In this document: piece by piece, positions 26,067-32,000 of the stretch
Position numbering within the stretch: the stretch's first letter is position 1
Layout of the letters: each line of letters begins with the position of its first letter
The notes under the pieces: generated by a model
Databases searched by the model: none
What the model saw: only the letters and a program-made list of their open reading frames with translations
What the model was told of the DNA's origin: nothing
Translations under genes and position numbers: made by a program
Assembly (NCBI RefSeq): GCF_001457595.1
Contig: NZ_LN831039.1
Location: 5,640,001-5,672,000, forward strand
DNA: 32,000 nucleotides
Direction: 5' to 3'
From: Mycolicibacterium smegmatis
Lineage (GTDB): Bacteria; Actinomycetota; Actinomycetes; Mycobacteriales; Mycobacteriaceae

Positions 26067-26942
26067 TTACTTGATGGCCCCGAAGGACAGTCCACGTACC
26101 AGCTTGTTCTGCGCGACCCAACCCGCGAGAACCACAGGAAGCGCAGCCATGGTCGACGCTGCGCACAGCTTGGCCCAATACAGACCCTCACCGGCGATGA
26201 AGCCGACCAGGAACACCGGCATGGTCTGGGCCTGTACCGCAGTCAGATTGACCGCGAAGAAGAACTCGTTCCACGCGAAGATCACACAGATCAACGCCGT
26301 GGCCGCGATACCGGGCGACACGAGCGGCAGGATCACCTCACGCATCGACCGCCATGTGCTGGCACCGTCGAGGCTTGCCGCCTCAAGGAGTTCGCCGGGC
26401 ACTTCGAGGAAGAACGAACGCATCATCCACACCGCGATCGGCAGGTTCATCGCCGTGTACAGGATGATGAGTGCCCAGATGTTGTCCAGCAGACCGATGT
26501 TCGACACGATCACGTACATCGGGATGATCGCCGCGACGATCGGCAGCATCTTGGTGCTCATGAAGAAGAACAATGCGTCCTGGGTCTTGCGCACGGGCTT
26601 GAGCGAGAGCGCGAACGCGGCCGGGATGCCGAGCACGAGCACCAGGACGGTCGACGCCGTGGTGGCGAACAGCGAGTTCAGCAGGCTGGTGCCGACCCCC
26701 TGCGAGAACACGGCACGGAACTCGTCGAGGGTGGGGACGAAGAAGAACTTCGGTGTGACGGTGTAGGCGTCGACCTCTTGTTTGAACGCGGTGAGCACCA
26801 TCCAGAACACCGGGAAGAAGAACCCGAGGCCGACGATCCAGGCCACCACGCCCCACGGATCGAACTTGCGCCGCTTGACTTTGGTCCTCGGCCCGGGAGT
26901 GGGGGCCGGAGCCGTTGTCTTGGTTGCGGTATCGGTGGTCAT
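26067..26942 (-). CDS. Carbohydrate ABC transporter permease (MalG-like)
   Basis: FFFPVFWMVLTAFKQEVDA...TASTVLVLVLGIPAAFALSL...EAASLDGASTWRSMREVILPLVSPGIAATALICVIFAWNEFFFA (EAA loop). Confidence 0.92.
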   Translation of the reverse strand: MTTDTATKTTAPAPTPGPRTKVKRRKFDPWGVVAWIVGLGFFFPVFWMVLTAFKQEVDAYTVTPKFFFVPTLDEFRAVFSQGVGTSLLNSLFATTASTVLVLVLGIPAAFALSLKPVRKTQDALFFFMSTKMLPIVAAIIPMYVIVSNIGLLDNIWALIILYTAMNLPIAVWMMRSFFLEVPGELLEAASLDGASTWRSMREVILPLVSPGIAATALICVIFAWNEFFFAVNLTAVQAQTMPVFLVGFIAGEGLYWAKLCAASTMAALPVVLAGWVAQNKLVRGLSFGAIK

Positions 26943-27904
26943 CACGCCGCCTCCTGTGCACCGGAGAATGATTTGAAGATCAGTCGCAGCGCGAACGTCG
27001 CGATGATCATCGTGAAGATCACGACGATGACGCCCATCGCGGCGGCCTGGCCGATGTCGAAGCCCAGGAACGCGCGCTGATAGATGTAGAACGGCAGGTT
27101 CGCACTGGCCGTACCCGGCCCGCCCTGCGTCATCATGTAGATCTGGTCGAACGTGTTGACCAGGTAGATGGCACCCAGCACGGTTCCCAGTTCGATGAAC
27201 CGGCGCAGGTGCGGCAGCGTCAGTTCACGGAACAGTTGGAACGCGTTGGCGCCGTCGACTCGACCGGCCTCCAGGACGTCTCGCGGCATCGACTGGAGGC
27301 CGGCGAGGATCAGCAGCATCATGAACGGCGTCCACTGCCACACCAGGGCGACGATGATCGACGCGCGCGGGAACTCACCGATGAAATCGATGCCCCCGCC
27401 GGGCAGCAGCCAGTTCACGAAGCCGAACACCGGGTCGAGCATCGCGGTCTTCCACATCAGCGCTCCCGCAACGGGTGTCACGAGGAACGGCGTGATGAGC
27501 AGTGTGCGTACGACGCCGCGGCCCAGGAACACCCGGTCGAGCAGCAGCGCCAGCAGCAGGCCCAGTACGACCGAGATCAGCACCGTCAGCACGATGAAGA
27601 ACACCGAGTTGAAGGCCGCCTGCCAGAACGTGGCGTCCTGCACGACGTCGACGTAGTTCTGCAACCCGACGAACTCGCGGGATCCGGGTCGCACCAGGTT
27701 CCACGACAGCGTCGAGTAGTACAACGTGAACAGGAACGGGATCTGGGTGACGACGATCATGAAGATCAGCGCAGGCAGCAGCGGTCCGCGGCGGCGCCAG
27801 CCTTCGGCGCGTGAAACCCCGGGGTCCTGCGTCTTCTTGATACGTGCGACGTGTTCGGCCTCGGCGGCCGCCTCGGCCGAGGCTCTCTCCTCGGTGGTTG
27901 TCAT
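26942..27904 (-). CDS. Carbohydrate ABC transporter permease (MalF-like)
   Basis: MTTTEERASAEAAAEAEHVARIKK...GPLLPALIFMIVVTQIPFLFTLYYSTLSWNL...EAGRVDGANAFQLFRELTLPHLRRFIELG. Confidence 0.92.
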   Translation of the reverse strand: MTTTEERASAEAAAEAEHVARIKKTQDPGVSRAEGWRRRGPLLPALIFMIVVTQIPFLFTLYYSTLSWNLVRPGSREFVGLQNYVDVVQDATFWQAAFNSVFFIVLTVLISVVLGLLLALLLDRVFLGRGVVRTLLITPFLVTPVAGALMWKTAMLDPVFGFVNWLLPGGGIDFIGEFPRASIIVALVWQWTPFMMLLILAGLQSMPRDVLEAGRVDGANAFQLFRELTLPHLRRFIELGTVLGAIYLVNTFDQIYMMTQGGPGTASANLPFYIYQRAFLGFDIGQAAAMGVIVVIFTMIIATFALRLIFKSFSGAQEAA

Positions 27905-29244
27905 GGCTTCTCCTGGTAGCTTCGGCCGACGACTTCGGCGTACTTCTGCGCCTGCTCCAGCGCCTCGTCGACGGACTTCTGCCCGGCGATGGCCGCGCTG
28001 ATCTGTTGGCTCACACGGGTTCCGAGGTCCTGGAACTCCGGGATCGCCAGGAACTGCACACCGGTGTACGGGACCGGTTGCACCGTGGGCTTGGCCGGAT
28101 CTGCGCCCTCGATGGAGTCGAGGGTGACCTGGCCGAACGCCGCGGAAGCTTCCTTGTACTCGGGGATCTCGTAGGTCGACAGGCGGCTGCCGGGTGGCAC
28201 GCGGGCCCATCCCAGTTCCTCGCCGACGAGGTGGATGTAGTCCTTGTCGGTCATCCACGAGATGAACTTCCACGCCGCGTCGGGCTTGTCGCTGCTCTTG
28301 GGGATGCCCAGCGCCCACGTGTACAGCCAGCCCGAGTTGGGCTTCTCCATCGTCGGCGCCATCGCGTAGCCGACCTTGCCGACGACGTTGGACGACGCGG
28401 GGTCCTCCACCGTCGAGACCGCCGAGGTGGCGTCGTACCACATCGCCGCGCGGCCCTGCGCGAACTGCGTCGCGCATTCACCGAAACCGGCTGCGGATGC
28501 GCCCGGTTCGCCGTATTCCCTGACGGTGTCGACGTAGAACTGCACGGCCTTGCGCACCTCGGGGCTGGTGAGCTGGGCGTTCCAGTCCATGTCGAACCAG
28601 CGGCCGCCGAAGGTGTTGATGACGGTGTCCAGCGGCGCGAGCACCTCACCCCATCCGGGCTTGCCGCGCAGGCAGATCCCGACCATGTCGGGCCCGTTGA
28701 GCTCGGCGGCCGCGTCGGCGACCTGCTGCCAGGTCGGCGTGCGGGGCATCTCGATGCCGGCCTGCTCGAACAGGTCCTTGCGGTACATCAGGAACGACGA
28801 TTCGCCGTAGAACGGCACCGAGTACATGTCGCCCTGATAGGACAGCGAGTCCTTGAGCGACGGGATGAAGTCGTCCTCGTCGTAGCCGGGCGTGTTGCGG
28901 GCGTAATCGGAAAGGTCGACCAGCCAACCGTTCTCGGCCCACTGCGGGGTCTCGTAGTTGCTGATCATCACGACGTCGAACTCACCGCCGCCCATGGCCG
29001 TCGAAGCGGTGATCTTGGCGCGGGCCTGGTTCTCGGACAACGTGACGAACCGCAGCTTGATGTCCGGGTTCTCCGCTTCGAACCGGCTGGACAGCTCACG
29101 CGCGTCGGTCATCTGAGAGTTGGACACCATGGCGATGGTGACCGTCTGATCGGTGGCGCCGAGTGTGCCCGCTCCGGCGCATCCGGCCGTCGCCGTCAAT
29201 CCCGCGGCTGCGATGCAGGCCGCCAATCTTCTCAACCGTTTCAC
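27901..29244 (-). CDS. Sugar/polyol ABC transporter substrate-binding lipoprotein
   Basis: MKRLRRLAACIAAAGLTATAGCAGAG lipobox; VTIAMVSNSQMTDARELSSRFEAENPDIKLRFVTLSENQAR... SBP1 family. Confidence 0.92.
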   Translation of the reverse strand: MKRLRRLAACIAAAGLTATAGCAGAGTLGATDQTVTIAMVSNSQMTDARELSSRFEAENPDIKLRFVTLSENQARAKITASTAMGGGEFDVVMISNYETPQWAENGWLVDLSDYARNTPGYDEDDFIPSLKDSLSYQGDMYSVPFYGESSFLMYRKDLFEQAGIEMPRTPTWQQVADAAAELNGPDMVGICLRGKPGWGEVLAPLDTVINTFGGRWFDMDWNAQLTSPEVRKAVQFYVDTVREYGEPGASAAGFGECATQFAQGRAAMWYDATSAVSTVEDPASSNVVGKVGYAMAPTMEKPNSGWLYTWALGIPKSSDKPDAAWKFISWMTDKDYIHLVGEELGWARVPPGSRLSTYEIPEYKEASAAFGQVTLDSIEGADPAKPTVQPVPYTGVQFLAIPEFQDLGTRVSQQISAAIAGQKSVDEALEQAQKYAEVVGRSYQEKP

Positions 29245-29257
29245 CTCTCATCACCTC

Positions 29258-30193
29258 TCATTGGTTCAACAGCCAACGGGCGCAATCGATATCGCACACC
29301 AGAAGCCGCGCCAGCTTGCCCCGCAGGGCACCGAGGATCGCCTGGTACTTACCGGCGCCCCCGGAGATCAGGATGGTCTTCTCGCACATGCGGATGTCCT
29401 CCAACGGGACCGACATCGCACGCTGCTGCAGTTCGTCGTGCACGGGCTCGCCGTGGGCGTTGAAGAACCGCCCGCCGATCTCGCCGACGGCGCCCATCGA
29501 CATGAGCTCGTCGAGCATCCGGATGTCGAGGAAACTGCCCTCGAACAACGTCGTCGACGTCGACACCGCGCCGACACCGAAGAGCATGGCCTGCGCGCGT
29601 CGTCCGGCGTCGAGGGTCCGGGAGATCACCGAGTCCTCGCGCATCGACACCACCGTCGCCGGGTCGGCGTAGAGCGGTGCGGGCAGCCGGAAGGTCTCGG
29701 CGCGCAACGTGTCCGCGCAGCGCGTGAGGATGGTTTCCATGCCGGTCTGATACGCCGCGGTGGACATGGCGCCGTCGAGCTGCACCACCGCACGACAACT
29801 CGCGATGCCGGGCACCAGGTTTGTCGCGACGCCCACCTGCTCGGGCCCCCACGTGAACCCCAGCACGTCGTCGGCGGCGATGCGGCGCATCAACAGCGCC
29901 GCGCCGGCCCGGCCGGCGTTGGTCGCGACGACGGCCTCGGTCAGCCCGAACCGGCGTTCCAGTTCGCGCTCTTCCTCGGCGTGTAGGTCGTCTTGGATGT
30001 CGGGCGGCACCACCACCTCGATGCGCACGAGGCCGTTGGCTTTGGCTTTCGCCACCAGCCGGCCGGCGGTCGGTCGGGAGACGCCGAGCCGCGAAGCGAT
30101 CTCGGCCTGCGTGAGGCCGTCCAGGTAATACAGCGTCGCCGCGCGGAGCGCGAGCCGCAGATCCTCCGGTGTCGGTTCGGGCACTTTCACCAC
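29258..30193 (-). CDS. SorC/DeoR-type sugar-binding transcriptional regulator
   Basis: LRLALRAATLYYLDGLTQAEIASRLGVSRPTAGRLVAKAKANGLVRIEV... and C-terminal sugar-binding domain (LFGVGAVSTSTTLFEGSFL). Confidence 0.88.
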   Translation of the reverse strand: MVKVPEPTPEDLRLALRAATLYYLDGLTQAEIASRLGVSRPTAGRLVAKAKANGLVRIEVVVPPDIQDDLHAEEERELERRFGLTEAVVATNAGRAGAALLMRRIAADDVLGFTWGPEQVGVATNLVPGIASCRAVVQLDGAMSTAAYQTGMETILTRCADTLRAETFRLPAPLYADPATVVSMREDSVISRTLDAGRRAQAMLFGVGAVSTSTTLFEGSFLDIRMLDELMSMGAVGEIGGRFFNAHGEPVHDELQQRAMSVPLEDIRMCEKTILISGGAGKYQAILGALRGKLARLLVCDIDCARWLLNQ

Positions 30194-30202
30194 TTTCTGA
30201 CC

Positions 30203-30218
30203 GTGAACACTTGCTCAC
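30203..30218. promoter_or_regulatory. Imperfect palindrome between the divergent regulator and dehydrogenase genes
   Basis: GTGAACACTTGCTCAC; pairs GTGA.CA/TG.TCAC with its reverse complement. Confidence 0.4.
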
Positions 30219-30247
30219 GGGTGCGAGTAGATGCTCAACACGCTAAC

Positions 30248-31684
30248 ATGAGGGGTGTGACGTACACAACACCTCCGACGAAGCTCTCGTCGTCGACACT
30301 CGAGCAGCTGACGATCCCCCACCCCAGCTACGACCGTGCAAAGGTGCAGATCGGCATCGTCCATTTCGGTGTCGGCGGGTTCCACCGCGCTCACCAGGCG
30401 ATGTACGTCGACAAGCTGCTCGAGATGGGCCTGGCGTCCGAGTGGGGCATCTGCGGGGTCGGGTTGCTGGCGAACGACCGCCGGATGGCCGAGGTGATGG
30501 AGGCCCAGGACGGGCTCTACACACTGTTGCTCGAACATCCCGACGGCCACCGCGAGGCGCGGGTGATCGGGTCGATCGTCGACTACCGGTACGCACCCGA
30601 CGATCAAGAAGGTGTCATCGAACTGCTGGCCGCACCGACCACCAAGATCATCTCGATGACCATCACCGAGGGCGGCTACTACATCGACTCGGCCCCCGAG
30701 ATCAACGTGTTCGGCCTGGTCACCGAGGCCCTCGTGCGCCGGCGCGACCGCGGCATCGGCTCACCGACCATAGTGTCGTGCGACAACATCGAGGGCAACG
30801 GCGACGTCGCCCGCAAGGCGTTCACCACCTACGCCGAGCGTGTCCATCCCGGTCTGGGCGAATGGATGTCCGCCAACACCCGTTTTCCCAATTCGATGGT
30901 CGACCGCATCACGCCTGTGACAACTCCCGAGGTGATCAGCACCGTCGAGCGCGAGTTCGGCGTGGCCGATCAGTGGCCCGTGGTGGCCGAACCGTTCACC
31001 ACGTGGGTGCTGGAGGACTCGTTCTCCGACGGCCGACCGCCGTATGAAGAGGTCGGCGTGATGGTCGTCGACGACGTCACGCCGTATGAGCTCATGAAGT
31101 TGCGCCTGCTCAACGCGAGCCATCAGGCCCTGTGCTACTTCGGGTACCTGGCCGGCTACCGGCTGGTGCACGACGCCGCGAGCGACCCGCTGTTCGCCGA
31201 TTTCCTGCTGGCGTACATGGATTCCGAGGCCACACCCACCCTGCAACCCGTGCCCGGCATCGACCTCGACGAGTACAAGCACACACTGATCGAGCGGTTC
31301 GCCAATCCCGGCGTGCGCGACACCATCGCGCGCCTGTGCTACGGATCCTCCGACCGCATCCCGAAGTGGCTGGTGCCCGTCATCCGCGAGAACCTCAAGA
31401 CCGGTGCGCCCATCCGCCTGTCCGCGGCCGTGGTGGCAAGTTGGGCACGCTACGCCGAAGGCGTAGACGAACAGGGCGAACCCATCAACGTCGAAGATCA
31501 ACTCGCCGACACCCTGGTGCCGATCGCCCTCAGCCAGCGTGAGCATCCGACGGCGTTCATCGAGAACACCGAGGTGTTCGGCGACCTCGCGTCGTCGCAG
31601 CGGTTCGTCGACGAGTATCTGTGGGCACTGGATTCGCTACACCGCCACGGGGCGCGGGCCACCCTGGAATCATTGCGCTCATGA
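30248..31684 (+). CDS. Mannitol dehydrogenase family protein (polyol 2-dehydrogenase)
   Basis: VQIGIVHFGVGGFHRAHQAMYVDKLLE...TITEGGYYID...SCDNIEGNGDVARKAF...RITPVTTPE...LLNASHQALCYFGYLAG. Start may be GTG 30257. Confidence 0.94.
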   Translation: MRGVTYTTPPTKLSSSTLEQLTIPHPSYDRAKVQIGIVHFGVGGFHRAHQAMYVDKLLEMGLASEWGICGVGLLANDRRMAEVMEAQDGLYTLLLEHPDGHREARVIGSIVDYRYAPDDQEGVIELLAAPTTKIISMTITEGGYYIDSAPEINVFGLVTEALVRRRDRGIGSPTIVSCDNIEGNGDVARKAFTTYAERVHPGLGEWMSANTRFPNSMVDRITPVTTPEVISTVEREFGVADQWPVVAEPFTTWVLEDSFSDGRPPYEEVGVMVVDDVTPYELMKLRLLNASHQALCYFGYLAGYRLVHDAASDPLFADFLLAYMDSEATPTLQPVPGIDLDEYKHTLIERFANPGVRDTIARLCYGSSDRIPKWLVPVIRENLKTGAPIRLSAAVVASWARYAEGVDEQGEPINVEDQLADTLVPIALSQREHPTAFIENTEVFGDLASSQRFVDEYLWALDSLHRHGARATLESLRS

Positions 31685-32000
31685 GCCGTGCTCTGGTCAT
31701 CGGTGAGGCACTGATCGACATCGTCGAGCGAGAAGGGCAGGTCGTCGGCGAGCACGTCGGCGGCAGCCCGCTCAACGTCGCAGTCGGGCTCGGCCGGTTG
31801 GGCCGCGACGTCGACTTCCTCACCCACATCGCCGATGACCCCCGCGGCCGGCGCATCGTCGATTACCTGAAAGCCTCTGGCGTGCAGCTTGTTCCGGGAT
31901 CGACATCGGCCAAGAAGACGCCGACGGCGCAGGCCAGGCTCGACGCCGCAGGCTCGGCCACCTACGAGTTCGACATCGACTGGCAGCTCGCGGGCACGGC
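31681..32000 (+). CDS. PfkB family carbohydrate kinase, truncated by the right window edge
   Basis: MSRALVIGEALIDIVEREGQVVGEHVGGSPLNVAVGLGRLGRDVDFLTHIADDPRGRRIVDYLKASGV...; ATGA overlap with the dehydrogenase stop. Not in the ORF track. Confidence 0.92.
   Translation, partial: MSRALVIGEALIDIVEREGQVVGEHVGGSPLNVAVGLGRLGRDVDFLTHIADDPRGRRIVDYLKASGVQLVPGSTSAKKTPTAQARLDAAGSATYEFDIDWQLAGT

Noticed and set aside
25443-27080. 545-aa plus-strand ORF
   Set aside because: Entirely antisense to the ABC permease, ATPase fragment and IS OrfA; His/Asp/Arg-rich low-complexity translation typical of the opposite strand of high-GC genes.
27844-29463. 539-aa plus-strand ORF
   Set aside because: Antisense to the substrate-binding lipoprotein and regulator genes, both strongly recognisable; no family motifs.

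Overview
The window looks like a high-GC Mycobacterium (Mycolicibacterium) smegmatis-type chromosome; this is inferred from recognisable proteins and gene order, with no database search. Left to right it encodes: a collagen-like secreted protein running off the left edge (missing from the ORF track), an SDR oxidoreductase, an Fpg/Nei glycosylase, an FUSC-type membrane protein, a small holin-family/YvlD-like membrane protein, CobF and an AurF-like diiron oxygenase. Next comes a chemotaxis-like signalling operon (CheB - STAS/HATPase - CheR/PAS) behind a good SigF-type promoter. Convergent to it is a GAF-ANTAR regulator plus an Ala/His-rich helical protein. Then an LLM oxidoreductase, an MFS exporter, two small secreted proteins, a frameshifted sugar transporter, a VOC protein, RNase HI, an HPP membrane protein, a GlxA-type AraC regulator, a quinone reductase, a nitrobindin-like protein, a MarR regulator, LigD, and a polyol/sugar ABC transporter locus whose ATPase gene is split by an IS3-family element with a target duplication. 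A mannitol dehydrogenase and a PfkB kinase run off the right edge. Most notable observations: (1) cheB-like and cheR-like genes of the same operon are each interrupted by one in-frame TAG, at positions where these families usually carry Tyr; (2) a near-perfect 21-bp inverted repeat enclosing TTATCCACA between ligD and the ABC ATPase; (3) an alternating triple half-site palindrome downstream of marR; (4) a precise IS insertion with reconstructable empty site; (5) a one-base frameshift in the sugar transporter; (6) a 5' UTR hairpin adjoining a Shine-Dalgarno sequence. No tRNA, rRNA or CRISPR was seen.
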